A DNA stretch of 60,136 bases, filler included, from Circinaria calcarea (Eukaryota), in assembly GCA_051942165.1 (NCBI GenBank). It is 5 parts of 5 records of this genome, joined end to end, with 100 filler letters (N's around TTAATTAATTAA, not from the genome) between each part and the next. Parts side by side here need not be neighbours in the genome. Positions count along the whole stretch, not along the records: positions 1 to 11,969 come from JAVECS010000622.1; positions 12,070 to 24,030 come from JAVECS010000623.1; 3 more parts are not named here. The stretch is one strand, 5' to 3'. The notes under the pieces were generated by a model. That model did no database searches and was not told the DNA's origin. It saw only the letters and a list, made by a program, of their open reading frames with translations. Below, in pieces: positions 1-12,591 of the stretch (position 1 is the stretch's first letter; every line of letters begins with the position of its first letter). Made by a program: the position numbers and the translations under genes.

Positions 1-1256
1 TCTAATACTTCACGCACTCCCCCAACCATGCCAGGCAAACTCGGCTTTCTCATCGAGCGCAAGCTACTATCCAATCCCCTCCCACTACCAATATCCCCAA
101 GCCTCAGAGAATATTAACATCTCTCCTCCTTCTCAGCGAAAACTCGCTCCCTCAGAAGAGTAAGAAGAAGGAGGAGGAGAAGAAGAACCAGAAAGCTCCG
201 AATCCACCTCCTCCATCCCCGCCCCAACCCAAAAAAAAAGAAAAAAAGCAAAACCTGCTCCCAAAGCCAAGAAGGCCGTCACCAAAACCAAAGCAGGAAC
301 ATGCTCGCTCTCCAAGAAAGAATTCGGAGACAAGATCAAGGCCGCGCTACGGCTGGAAAAGTACGCTGTCCAGCGCATGCGGGTCGATGTACGTTCCCAA
401 AAAAAATCCCCCCACCCTCTACGACGAAACCACACCCGTCATCGTCGCAGGCCTGAACCATAAGCAAGCGGGCAAACTGTTCGGCGTGAGCAAAGTCGTA
501 AACGGGAATCGCTTCTCGCGCGTGCATCTGGCGCCCATGTGTGTAGTGTATTATCCCGCGCGGGGGAAGGCGAGTGCGTAGTTGACCGTGTAAAAAACGG
601 ACGAAAAAGAAAAGAGCGGTGCACATAAGCTGAGGAGGGGGAGAGAGTAAGAAGGCTGGTGATAGGTTGCTGTCAGGTCCCTTTTGGGAGAGAAAGGACT
701 ATTATTGCTATATATTACGAGAGGCTTTATGTCAGCTTATAGACACCCCATGTCAGCATAGCATAGCATATTGCAGCGTCTGCTTTTAGCTTAGATATCC
801 CCAAATCGCCCACTTCCGCATATTCGGAGTAGATAGGGCTTGCAAAAATAAAGAGTCCAGAGATGTCATTTTTTCAGAGGGCCAAAAAAAAAGAACATAA
901 AGCAGCTGGTATTCGCTGGCCGTTACCCAGCCCAAGCCCCCGGGGACATCTTACCAACCGATCTTTAAGTAGGGTATATGGCAGAGTGGAAGGGGATGGC
1001 CAGTGTTCTGGAGTTTATAGTCGCATGTGGTGACTAAAAACCTCCAAACTTTACATCTCTCGCGGAAATCGGGAAGGCTACGAATGAGGAGTTTGAAGCG
1101 AGGTCACCAGGTCATTCAACCTTTGGGTGGCAGATCACTCTTAAAACAAAGGAGCTCAGTTGAGTCTGTGAACTATTGGACAGTGCAAAAGTTGGGTAAA
1201 ACTGATATTGACTGTGAATCGGAATGTTTGTACGATTGAAGGTGCCTATTATACAA

Positions 1257-3099
1257 TCAAGTATGGTCGCCAACAACCACCTTGAACTGGTCCTCCGTCA
1301 CCCCCTTCCCCATGGCACTGGTACTCGAAACTCCTCCCGTCACCATCTTCAACAAATTATCCACGTAATTCGCTCCAGACCATTTCTGATGCGTGACGAC
1401 GTCAATCTTGTTGTTCATCTCGGGTTCCTGGATGAGTTCACCGTAGGCGCGCATTCCCTGTTTGGCGTAGGCTTTGGAGAACTGGTCTGAGATGAGGGCC
1501 GTAGTATGCAAACCCGCGAGAGTGATGAATTGCCAGCAGTAACCGAGTTTCCCAAGGCGCGTGATGTAGGTTTCTTGCTCTTCCCGGGACATAGCGGCCT
1601 TCCAGTTGAATGAGGGTGAAAGATTGTAAGCCAGTCTAAGTAAATATGTCAGTACTGCATCTGAGGATGTGAACATAATACATACTTTTGCTCCGGCCAT
1701 ACGGAGTGCACACCGTTGGCAAATTCCTCTGCCTGTTTGTAATCGGGCAACTTGCTTTCCATCCATATCATGTCAGTATACGGTGCGAACGCAATAGCTC
1801 GATTAATGGCACAGCCGCAGCCGCCCTGGTAACGGTAAAACCCTTCTCTCGTCCTCGGTGAGTCCCAATCCCAATGTATGTCTACACCTGTGAGACCCTT
1901 GGATATTGCCCGTAATTCGGAATTACTCTTTCCACGGCTCAAAGATCGGTATTCTTGAATTAGACCCTGTTTGTTGACATGAACTCCTGCGTTAATAGTG
2001 TCAATAACTGCTTGATCATATAACTTGAGCCCCGCTTGTGCGTTCCATTGGTCTTCGATTGCCTGTAGCTGGTCACCAGATTTGCCAACCTGCTCGGCGG
2101 CTATCATCAAATCACTCAAGGGCTGCAAAGCTGCATTGGTGGCTCCGAGAATGAACCCGTGATCCCGAGGATCGATTGTAGAAGTAATCAAAGTGGCAGC
2201 TTCCGAGTCTGTTCTAGCAACAGCCAGTAAGTCCGAGCCTAATATGTATTAGCATACCTGATGTAATAAACCGTGGCTTAATTACCCATGATGTCTGCTT
2301 GAGCCCGGATGGCGACCAATCGATTGATATGCTCGCTAATTGGAACCAGAACTTTTCCCGCCATGTGCCCGCACTTCTTCGTACCCGGTGCTTGATCTTC
2401 AATATGGATACCAGCAGCGCCTTTCTCAATGAAGAGCTTTGTCAGCTTCATAACAGCGGTCAGCCCGCCATGACCTGTGTCGGCATCCGCGATGATGGGT
2501 CTGAGAAAGTCGGTGTTGGCGATACCGCCACGCTTTGCCTTGGGGGTAGTAATACGTTCTTCTCGCTGTTTACGGTCATGAAAGAGCTGAGCCATAAAGA
2601 GATGCTGGACTTTGTTAGGTACAGTATTCTATGTTCATCAGTCTATCAATCTCAATCACTCCAATATTGCAGAGCAATCAATACCATTGGGTAATCTGCA
2701 AGATCCGGAGATGGCTCATCCGTCGATGAAGCGGTAGAAGAGCATTGCCAACCGGAAACATACACCGTATCAAGATATTTGGCCATTTGCGTGAGCATTG
2801 TTGGATCCAGACAGCCGTACGTAAAGCTGACATCTCCGTTCTGTACGGAGTTTAGTCAGGCACTGTTCGCTCGTCTGGAAGCGTTCTTCTCTTACCTGAT
2901 ATCTCCCTTCCAAAATCTGCCAGAGCTTCTTACTTTGGACATTGCTTGGATATTCCACCTTCAGGTTCCCCCTCTTGGCCACTATCTGCTCTGCCGTAAA
3001 AGGTCTCTTGGTGTATCTCCACCGGGAGTCGGTCCACCACCGCTTCACAGCCTCGACATCATCCTGATATTTCTGGTCTTCTTCGTCCAGAAGAGACAT
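1257..3099 (-). CDS. ICL1: Isocitrate lyase (glyoxylate cycle), 5 exons: ~3099-2896, 2840-2685, 2628-2286, 2238-1686, 1635-1257
   Basis: Spliced ORFs give [43 protein letters not shown], the catalytic motif KKCGHM (ICL; methylisocitrate lyase has KKCGHL), [19 protein letters not shown] and HQKWSGA. All four introns are GT-AG. The C-terminal tail after EDQFK is uncertain (a further intron is possible). Confidence 0.96.
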
Positions 3100-3914
3100 T
3101 TCGGCTACCGGCACGTAGACGAAGGAGGTAGGATCTGCCAGGTTGGTCGGCAAGCTGCTGATTGAGAATTCTGTGTGTCCTCAAGTGCTCGAGGGAAACA
3201 GCAGAGTACACAACAGCCTCTTGCGGGGGAGTTAGTCGGGCTTAAGGTGCGGATCATAAGCTTTGGCTCCGGGCCAAGGGCGATTGACGGCCGGCATGGC
3301 CCGAGGTAAGAATTCGGTAGTACGGTGCTCCATTGTTTATCAAGATCTGCCATGTGAAAGAGTACTCTACTCGGTCAAAGGGATGTAACGCTCACACTTA
3401 TCCTTCTACGGCGTGCGCTTTACGCTAGAGCCCGTGCTGGTAGGGCTGGTTCGGCAGATGGAAAATCGTGGGGAAAGGAACACCCGAACAATACGACACC
3501 TTAATCGTCTCGAAGCGCGCTCTCGTGTCTAATAGCTGATGATATAACCTGAAAGCAATTTGCAAACTATCTGTGTCTACGCGAACGCTGTTACTGCCCT
3601 TGTCACAGTTGTCCGTGGCCTTTTTTCCAGGACCGTGGATACGTCATCCTCAGGCTGACATGAGCCCCGGTTCCTTCAGACTCAACAGCATCCATCGAAC
3701 TACTTCCGGCCTGGAGGGTTAGCAACAAGTTTTGAAGGAGGCCTTGAAACTAAAATATTATTACTCCCAATTTCCTGGCTCACTGCTTACTCGTCGGGAG
3801 GCTACTACTAGCACCCTCTCCTTCAGTGTGACGTGAACTTGTACTCATTGACCGTGGAACCCCTAACTTCATCTGGTTTCTTCTCATATCTCACTTGTAG
3901 TTGCTTTGTTTGAA

Positions 3915-4805
3915 ATGGAGGAGGTTCAGAAAAAGCATCGACTGGAGCAGAAGGATTTACAAAACAAAATTACGCAAAAGAAGAAGTCTGCCACGAAGAA
4001 AACACGTAAAAGTGTCAACAACGAGTGTGCTGAACTTGAGAGGCAGATGAAGGAAAGGCAGGATCGTGAGCTGCTGGAGTTGAACGGCGAACTACCAGTA
4101 GAAGGAAAGGATATAGAGGACTTGTCACCAGTCGAATCGGACGGCAAAGATACCAAAGATGCAGATACCCACTTCGAGGAATGTAATGTCGACCCGTCTT
4201 CCAAGGACACCACACCTCAGAATAACGCCAGAAAGCCAAATCGACAGAAGGCGCGTCTCGCTCGGCGTGCAGCCGAGCAGGAAGCTACAGCAACACAAGC
4301 TGCAAAGGAAGCTGCTAACCTCCCCAACCTACGTGAACAAGAACGTGTTCTGATGTCGAATGAGCTCAAAGCACGAGGCCTTGTGGAGCAGACAATACGA
4401 TCGGATGGGCACTGTCTTTATTCCGCATTTGCAGATCAGCTTGCTCAGTGTGATATGGACATCACGCAAGGTGATGACACAGTAACTCAACCAGCATATA
4501 GAATCGCTCGTCACGTTGCAGCTAAGTATATTGCCAATCACTCTGACGACTTTTCTCCATTTCTAGAAGAGCCATTAGAGGAATATATTGTGAAGGTTAG
4601 GGATACAGGTGAATGGGGAGGCCAATTAGAACTCTCAGCATTGGCGCGTGCATACGAAGTTAAGATCAATGTGTTACAGGCAGATGGGAGGATCGAGAAA
4701 ATCGAACCAGACTCTGCACGTACCGGGAAAGCAATCTGGATTACCTACTATCGACATTCCTTTGGACTTGGCGAGCATTACAACTCGACGCGAAGAGTTC
4801 CATGA
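3915..4805 (+). CDS. OTU2: OTU-domain deubiquitinase (OTU2/OTUD6-like)
   Basis: Single ORF with a basic coiled-coil N-terminus (KKHRLEQKDLQNKITQKKK), Cys box SDGHCLYSAFADQL, WGGQLELSALA and His box GLGEHYNS. Confidence 0.9.
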   Translation: MEEVQKKHRLEQKDLQNKITQKKKSATKKTRKSVNNECAELERQMKERQDRELLELNGELPVEGKDIEDLSPVESDGKDTKDADTHFEECNVDPSSKDTTPQNNARKPNRQKARLARRAAEQEATATQAAKEAANLPNLREQERVLMSNELKARGLVEQTIRSDGHCLYSAFADQLAQCDMDITQGDDTVTQPAYRIARHVAAKYIANHSDDFSPFLEEPLEEYIVKVRDTGEWGGQLELSALARAYEVKINVLQADGRIEKIEPDSARTGKAIWITYYRHSFGLGEHYNSTRRVP

Positions 4806-4891
4806 CTTGGGAAAGATGAGAGGTCTACCAACCTAGATATTTAGAGTACCGAAACCACAGTTGGACTTTTCTACCAAACCAGCGCGGCGGA

Positions 4892-5795
4892 CTACCGATG
4901 GCGCCAGATACTCACCCAATCCGTGCCCTTCCCAATCTCATGAGTCCGCTCCGGCTGCCAGTGAGCCACTCTCTCGAGGCCGATTGGGCTCGTTCGTTGC
5001 AGACTGTCTTCTTGAATGTGGCCGGCATCGTCATACGGTATCTCTTCGCCAGGGTGACTGAGGTGTGCAAGGTAAACTTTTGGGGGTAGGCTCCAAGGGG
5101 GCCCTCCGGTGGATGGATCTTTATAGGTAGGAAACTCGATACAAATAAGATTGCTTGATGAAGCTGGCCCTAGAAGACTAGCCATGCGGCACGACCATGC
5201 CGGACGCATGCTCGGGGGTAGTGCTGATAGGAACTTGGAGACTCACCATTAGCCATGGAATCATCTATACATTGCATCCTTGACAATGGCGATGACTGCA
5301 TTGCCGTACCGTATAGTCATAAATTAGCTCGAAGCTCTCAAATCGCCCAGATGCACCTATCCACTCCTGGTTCTCACTAAAGAAGTCTCCCTTTAGGAAA
5401 TGCACGCTCCCTGCACCGATAACCTCATCTCTAACGGGGTACTTGTAACCGTTTTTCTCCTGCTCTTCTTTGCATCTTTGGACTGCTGTATCACTGATCT
5501 CGAGACCGTATGCATCGTAACCAAAGCTCGCTAGTAGCAACACGTCGTATCCGCGCCCGCATCCAGGCACCAGCGCCTTCTTTCTGATTCGCTGTCCACT
5601 ATGCTCCAGATGCACAAAACAGTCACCGATCAAATCGCGACGATCCGTGAGCACATCAACCAGCGCTGGGTTCGGTTGCCCTCTGTCAAACGGCAGAAAA
5701 TCGCCAGCGTCCCACAGTTTCGACCAACGGTCCGGAACCTCAACAGCGGGACCTGAGAAGTACTCACGCAAGCGTTCGCGGTCTGGATTGCTCAT
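4892..5795 (-). CDS. SAM-dependent thiol/halide methyltransferase (TPMT-like), 2 exons (5795-5310, 5233-4892)
   Basis: WSKLWDAGDFLPFDRGQPNPAL, motif I ALVPGCGRGYDV, GDFF, LIYDYT|FLSALPPSMRPAW and LICIEFP..GGPPW, joined by a GT-AG intron. Confidence 0.9.
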
Positions 5796-6579
5796 CTTAT
5801 CAGAGAACGACGAAATGAACGAGGAGTGGGATTCAGACTTTGTTGTTGGCAATGTCAACCAGTGAGTTACTGCTTATTACCTGAAATGGATAAATCCCTG
5901 GCAAACAGGACAAACAACCTGTTCCTGCGCTCGGGCTCACTTCCTTCTGCCGAGAAACCCTAGTGAACGTTACCGGTTCAGGTGGCTTAACCCAGGACAT
6001 AACATTGATCAGATTTGAGTGCAGCATTCTAAGATATGCTATAATACAGCTACCAAGCAAGTTACTGGGATGGAGATGTCAGAAAGCTCGCATATAATAT
6101 GGTGAATGACCCGAGAGCTATTCAGAGAGGTCAAGGCCGCGCACAGACGGTCCCGCTGTTCGAAGTATAAGCGGAGATATACTTGCGGCCAAATAAGGTA
6201 AATCAGGTCAGAGGTGCACCCACGTTTTTCTTTCGCGAATTAGATCTTCGGGACAGGGTGTAAGTACGCATGGCCAGGGGATCATATCTGGATCTGCTAG
6301 TTTCACGCTTCTGGCCCACCATATGTAAAGCCTCCTTTTTCCTTTTCTCGCGTGAGAATAGTTCTCTTTGTATTTACCCAACATTCTACTACTACGCATT
6401 TCAGACTGTTTATTTATACTCGTTCAAGTGAATTTATTCATCGAGACGATACGAAGTCAAAGTCAGGGAGACACGGCAATCTGTCCTAAGAATAGCAAGC
6501 AGAGAATCCATTATCAGAGGCCGTTGCGTGTATTTACACCTAGGTCGACAGGACTCGATTGCCTTGCAAGCTTTCAGAG

Positions 6580-8442
6580 ATGCGGCGCTATTCGGAAAGA
6601 AGTAATCTGCCTCAGGAAGGAACTAATATCGGAGAACTCTATTCTCCAAGCTATACATTCAAGGAGTTTGATAAAAGCCGCCTTGAATTTGATCCAATCG
6701 AGTTGTCAGATTGGGCCAGTATCACTACAGTCCAAGACGCAACTGATGTGGAATTGCAAGAGTCAAATCCTAGGACCGAGCCACCTACTCCACCGGCTGT
6801 CAAGGTCCCCAAATCCCAACGCAGGGGCTTGCTCAGCCGATTTGCAATATTAGCGGAAATTGAGGAGCCAAAGCATTACTCAAGACGCTCGAAATGGTTC
6901 ATCACCTTTGTAGTTGCTTCTGCAGCCGCTACAGCACCGATGGGAACCGCCATCATCTATCGTAAGGAGGGGACCACCGTGATTGGCTATCATTTGCTGA
7001 CAAGGCCTTCCTTAGCATCTCTTCTTGAGATCTCTAATGACCTCCACACAACGCCCACGATCACCAATCTGTCTGTCGCAATGTATTTGCTCTCCATGGC
7101 CATATTTCCTCTTTGGTGGTCGTCATTCTCGGAGACAGTAGGTCGCCGAACGATTTACATTTTATCGTTCTCCCTGTTTCTGATTTGGAACATATTGTCA
7201 GCGCTTTCAACCAATATAGCCATGCTGGTAATTATGCGGATTCTCGGCGGTGGAGCCGCGGCGAGCGTGCAGGCTGTCGGTGCCGGAACCATGGCAGACA
7301 TTTGGGAACCCAAAGAGAGGGGCAAAGCTATGGGAATTTTCTTTCTAGGTCCATTGATGGGACCCTTGATTGCTCCTATCGTAGGGGGTGCGCTCGCCAC
7401 GAAATGGGGTTGGAGAAGTACGCAATGGTTTCTTGCAATTTATGGCCTTGTTATCCTCGTCTTCCTTATTTTCGCCCTTCCCGAGACCCTGAAGCAACAG
7501 AGCCTTATAACGGATAATCCCGAGACGGAAGCTGCCGCCAAGTCGGGTCAACCAGCCCACTTAATTCGACTTGGTTCACGCCAGACTGTTCATGACCATT
7601 CAAAGAAAGTGGTCAAGTGCCTGAAGCATGGTTTCCTTGACCCGCTCCGAATTGTCCTATTACTACGTTTCCCGGTAGTGTTGATCACAGTTTACTACGC
7701 GAGTATAGCCTTTGGCTCCTTGTATGTACTTAGCATAAGTTTGGAATCCACATTCGCCAAATCTCCATATAACTTTTCTACGATTGAAGTTGGGCTGACA
7801 TATATCCCCAACTCAATCGGCTACCTGCTGGCGAGTGTGTTTGGTGGTAAATGGACGGATAGCATCATGGCTCGAGAGGCGAAGAGGGCTGGAAGGTATG
7901 ATGCAAAGGGAAAGCTTGTGTACCGTCCAGAAGACAGGATGAGAGAGAATGCATGGATTGCTGCTTTCGTCTATCCTGCTGCGCTCGTTTGGTACGGATG
8001 GACCGCAGAGAAGGGTGTGTGCTGGGCTGTGCCTGTAAGCTATACTATCCTGCCACTCTGCTACCAATCATCTACTGAGAAGCTCATCAAAGCTAATCGC
8101 CAATTTCTTCTTCGGTGTCGGGAGCATGTTGATCTTTTCCATGTCCACAACCATGCTTACCGAATTCATGCCCAAGAAGTCTTCGTCCTGCGTGGCGGTC
8201 AACAACTTTGTGGTGAATCTCACTCCACATGCCTATTCCTACGATGGCTTACTGACCAGTGATAGCGCAACATCTTCTCATGTTTCGGCGGCGTAGTTGC
8301 CCAACCCCTGATCAGCGCCATCGGTAACGGATGGCTCTTTACAGGACTGGGGGTAATTGCAGCGAGTAGTAGTGTGGTCGTCTGGGCCATGCGGCGTTAT
8401 GGACCACAGTGGAGAGAGGTTATGGATGCGAACATGGAATAA
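6580..8442 (+). CDS. MFS drug:H+ antiporter (DHA1, QDR/DTR1-like), 4 exons
   Basis: Many hydrophobic segments, motif A FSETVGRRTIY, GAGTMADIWEPKERGKAMG and LPETL. Introns at ~6962-7015, ~8035-8092 and ~8213-8266; stop TAA at 8440-8442. Confidence 0.9.
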
Positions 8443-9544
8443 AGGGCATTCGTTGTTCCAGCGGATACCTGCCCACCACTTGGCGACTCGTACATTGTGG
8501 AAGAACCAAGAATACCAATAGACTTGTCATATTTCTCCGCAAGAAGTAAGACTTACCACCATGAAACCTAGTACCCTTGCAGTGTATTCCTCCGTACTCT
8601 CTGTTCGGTGTCGTTAATCGCAACCGGACTCTAAAAACAGCGACTTGATCCGACATCGGGCTAAGGTAGGATAAGCCGGGATCGAACCCTTGTGCCGCGT
8701 CGTAGTCTATCAAGCTCGCCCAAGATCGAACGACTGCTTGCAAACAAGGAACTGATTGAAGGCCTCAAAGGATGCCCCATTCGCCGCTGACTCTGCATTG
8801 CTAGCTCTGTGCACAAGGACTCATGCGCCGACCGAGAGGAGGGGAGCCAGAATGGGGACCGATCGTGGCTCTACTCCCTACTCCCTACCCCCTACTCCCT
8901 ACTGCGGCTGTCGTTGGGCAGCCATATTCACTCTAATGCAACGAGGGCATAAGGCCTCTGTCCAGAAGTCAGGCACCACTCGGGTGACTTCATGTCATGC
9001 ATCCAGCCAATCCTGAGGCTAGCCCCAAGAGGACAATCGCCCATTTTCCACTCGGCAAGCCCATCGCAGCATATCGAGATGTCGGTTGCATACATTGTCT
9101 GAGATTGCCTCATCAATTGATTCGACGTGGCTCCAGTCGTCGGGACAGCGGGGAACCATTCATCAGTCGCTGCTTCGATTTGGCTGACCAGAGCAGCAGC
9201 ATTGCTTCGGTGCAAGTACTGCCATTTCTTTTACCTCTCTGTCACTCCATTCCCGTGCGTGCGTGATTTGGTCAGCGCTTCTCGCATTGGACGCCTCTAC
9301 TCCCAATCGAGTCTCTGTGTGCATCCACTTTCTAGCCCTGTGTGAGCTCTCCTCATAATCATTTGTTACCTTTCCTCTCCGGTAGCCCTTCCTAACGGTC
9401 GCTCTGGCCTTTTACCCTCTTCGCTCACGTGTCCAATTGCGCTCGGACATCAATAGCATGGGCGAAAAGAATAAGAAGAAGAAGCAGCAGTTCTTACCCT
9501 TTGACAATAACCCGCTCGGGTCTAGATAGCCGTTACGACTAACA

Positions 9545-11969
9545 ATGCCTCCATTTTCGTACGCGAAAGTCCAACCCTGGGCTTATCAATCCATTCAAAC
9601 AATGCCTTTGATGTACACAAATATCCCTGTTCAGCCTGATTTCTTACCGCCCTCCGAGGACAACACCACCAAGCCAGCTGATAATGTTGGCACTGAAACA
9701 AAGGAGGCAGATGCTACCGAGGGAGGCTCTACGACCGAAACTGGTAGGTTAATATGTGTTGAACCTCCATGAGCGGGATTGCTCAAGGTCAAATTAATAG
9801 TACCACCTGCCGTACCTGCCGGCGATACGAGTGCCGAACCTGCCGCCGATAAGAGTATTGACGAAGCCCCAGGTGACACTATCACTACTGTTGACGACTC
9901 ACCGCCTCCAGTAGAGGCCGCTACAGATCCTAGCCCACCAAAAGAGGAAACCTCTGAAGCCAGTAACCCCATTAAGGAGCCGGTCGAACATCCTGGCGCC
10001 CACACTGAGCAGAAGCAAGCAGAATTTCCGCCAATTGACCCTGCTGCAGGGAGTGAGCTCAATGCGGCAGAGAAAGAAGCCGATGCTGCCAATGAAGATG
10101 TATGTTTAATGATCCTACCCATTGTCTTGACCATGCACATTTGTTAAGAAAGTTAGCGACCGTCACCTACGGATACCGTGCCTATAGTTACAGCGGACGA
10201 GACCCCTGTAGAGTCTGTGGAGGCGGTGAACAAACAGGTCACGTTTGCAGATGGTATTGCACCAGATGGATCTTCTGCCCCCGTCCTAAAAGAGACCAAA
10301 TCGACTTCGGCTTCATCATCTAAGAAAGGTAGCTCCTCCAAGGAAAAGGAAAAACAAAAGGCGAACAAAACCAATAAGACACAACCCATAAAAGAGAAGA
10401 AGGTTCAAGCAAAAGAGAAAATCCAACCTTTTAAGGAAAAGACTCAAGCAACGAAAGAAAAAGCCAAGTCAGTCAAGGGTAAACTAGGAAAGAAGAAACA
10501 GGATAAGCCTAAGAAAGGGAATTCTGTCGCTACCCCACCTCCTGCACCGGATCCACCAGAGCAAACAGAAGTCACTGAGCCACCGGACCAGGGAGCCTCT
10601 CCCGGAACTCCGCCAAGTTCAGAGCCGGCTAGCGAAGAGCTGCCTGATCAAGATCCGCCCAGTCCTGAAGCAACAAGTGAAGGAGCACCCAATCCTGAAG
10701 CAGCCAGTCCTGAAGCAGCCAGTCCTGAAGCAGCCAGCCCTGAAGCAGCCAGCCCTGAAGCAGCCAGCCCTGAAGCAGCCAGTCCTGAAGCAGCAAACCC
10801 TGAGGCAACAAGTACTGAAGCAACAAGTCCAGAGACAGCAAGTCCTGAAGCAGCCAATACTGAAGCAGCAAGTCCAGAGACGGCAAGTCCTGAAGCAGCA
10901 AATCCTGAGGCAACAAGTACTGAAGCAACAAGTCCAGAGACAGCAGGTCCTGAAGCAGCAAGTCCTGAAGCAGCAAGTCCAGAAGCAGCAAACCCTGAGG
11001 CAACAAGTACTGAAGCAGCAAGTCCTGAAGCAGCCAATACTGAAGCAGCAAGTCCAGAGACGGCAAGTCCTGAAGCAGCCAATACTGAAGCAGCAAGTCC
11101 AGAGACGGCAAGTCCTGAAACAGCAAGTCCAGAAGCAGCAAATCCTGAGGCAACAAGTACTGAAGCAACAAGTCCTGAAGCAGCAAGTCCAGAGACAGCA
11201 AGTCCTGAAGCAGCAAGTCCAGAAGCAGCAAATCCTGAGGCAACAAGTCCTGAAGCAGCAAGTCCAGAGGTAGCAAGTCCTGAAGCAGCCAATACTGAAG
11301 CAGCAAGTCCAAAGACAGCAAGTCCTGAAGCAGCCAATACTGAAGCAGCAAGTCCAAAGACAGCAAGTCCTGAAGCGGCAAGTCCAGAGGTGGCAAGTCC
11401 TGAAGCAGCCAATACTGAAGCAGCCAGTACTGAAGCAGCAAGTCCAAAGGCAGCAAGTCCAGAGGCAGCAGGCCAAGAGGCAGCAGGTCAAGATTCACCT
11501 GCTCAAGATTCACCTGCTCAAGATTCACCTACTCAAAATTCACTTACTCAAGGTTCACCTACTCAAGATTCACCTACTCAAGAACAATCTGATCAAAAAT
11601 TTCCAAATCAGGATACACCCAGTGAAGAATCGCGCGGTCCAGAAACACCTTCCCAAGAACCACCCGCTCCAGAACCAACCGCTCCAGAACCACCCGCTCC
11701 AGAACCACCTACTCAGGAACTACCAAGTCAAGAATCACTTAATCAAGACACAACTAATCAAGAACCAACAAGTACTCAAGAAGAGCTAGCCCGGCAAGAA
11801 GCAACTAGTCAACAGCCAACAAATCAAAGTCCACCGAGTGACAATTCACCGAGTAACAATTCACCGAGTGAAAATTCACCGAGCCCAGATCCACAGAGCC
11901 AAGATCTACAGAACCAGCAAACATCTGCTCAAGCATCGCCTAGCCAGGAGCCACCTAGCGAGCAATCGC
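9545..11969 (+). CDS. Low-complexity Glu/Ala/Ser/Pro-rich repeat protein, multi-exon, 3'-truncated by the contig end
   Basis: Consecutive acidic/Pro-rich ORFs linked by GT-AG introns (~9744-9800, ~10100-10150) lead into a ~600-codon ORF that stays open until the N-gap. It has a Lys-rich segment followed by pentapeptide repeats. The start codon is uncertain. Confidence 0.7.
10661..11580 (+). repeat. Coding minisatellite: 15-bp units (AGTCCTGAAGCAGCA-like, EAASP and variants) followed by CAAGATTCACCTGCT/ACT (QDSPA/T) units
   Basis: Directly visible tandem 15-nt periodicity over roughly 55 EAASP-type units plus about 6 QDSP units. Confidence 0.95.
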
Positions 11970-12069
11970 NNNNNNNNNNNNNNNNNNNNNNNNNNNNNNN
12001 NNNNNNNNNNNNNTTAATTAATTAANNNNNNNNNNNNNNNNNNNNNNNNNNNNNNNNNNNNNNNNNNNN
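11970..12069. other. Artificial contig linker (N44-TTAATTAATTAA-N44)
   Basis: 100-nt spacer whose core has stop codons in all six frames. Confidence 0.99.
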
Positions 12070-12086
12070 AAGAGTGGCGCGCGGAC

Positions 12087-12371
12087 CTTGAGGTTGATGA
12101 TTTCCTTATCTTTAGCTTCTACCTCTTTCTTATGCGGGTCCTCCGCTTCCGGTTCTCCCGGCTGATTGGTCTCCGCCGATGAAGCTTCGCCGTCTATATC
12201 TGACTTGGGCGTTTGCTCTGTGGAGTAACATCTTGAAGCTAGGGTTCGGGAGGTTGAGACTATAGGTATCCGTAAAGGCGGAGAGTAGAGTTGGGAAGGG
12301 GAAGGTCTGAAGGAACGGGATACGTTGGTGGCCAGCACCCGAGATTGTCGGAGTAGAGTCCTTTGAATCAT
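12087..12371 (-). CDS. MGE1: Mitochondrial GrpE nucleotide-exchange factor, first exon only (the rest is cut off by the contig end)
   Basis: Arg/Ser-rich presequence MIQRTLLRQSR..RCYST followed by EDPHKKEVEAKDKEIINLK, then a GT donor at 12086. This matches the N-terminus of fungal GrpE just before DKYLRSVAD. Confidence 0.75.
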
Positions 12372-12591
12372 GTTGTGGTGGTTGATGGGGATCGGGAAAG
12401 TCCAAAAAATTGTTTTGGCGTCATTCGCCAAAAATGATGTACGAGCGTTGATCGGAAAAACTCCTGACTGGCTGGATTACACATTGATCTCGAAAAGCCC
12501 GAGTACTCTGTTTAGCGTACATACGATTGTGGTTTTACTTCTCAATCCACACGACTTTCATTACCCTCGTGTGATCGAAGACTATACCATA

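Noticed and set aside
28..581. Coding-looking Lys/Glu-rich frames (RKLAPSEE*EEGG..KKEFGDKIKAALRLEKY; LNHKQAGKLFGV)
   Set aside because: In-frame TAA at 161-163, a frame switch and no recognisable family. It could be a decayed gene or a sequencing error but cannot be supported.
3200..3480. Possible FacB/CSRE (CGGCAGATGG) and CreA (SYGGRG) sites upstream of ICL1
   Set aside because: The CSRE-like site is one base shorter than the consensus and hexamers occur by chance.
10661..11490. CRISPR-like periodicity
   Set aside because: Contiguous tandem units with no unique spacers, inside a eukaryotic CDS.
10619..11528. Long Cys-rich, Leu-rich and Ala-rich antisense ORFs and an alternative-frame ORF
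   Set aside because: By-products of a stop-free 15-bp repeat.
12014..12025. TTAATTAATTAA motif recurring every ~12 kb
   Set aside because: Synthetic six-frame-stop linker, not biological.
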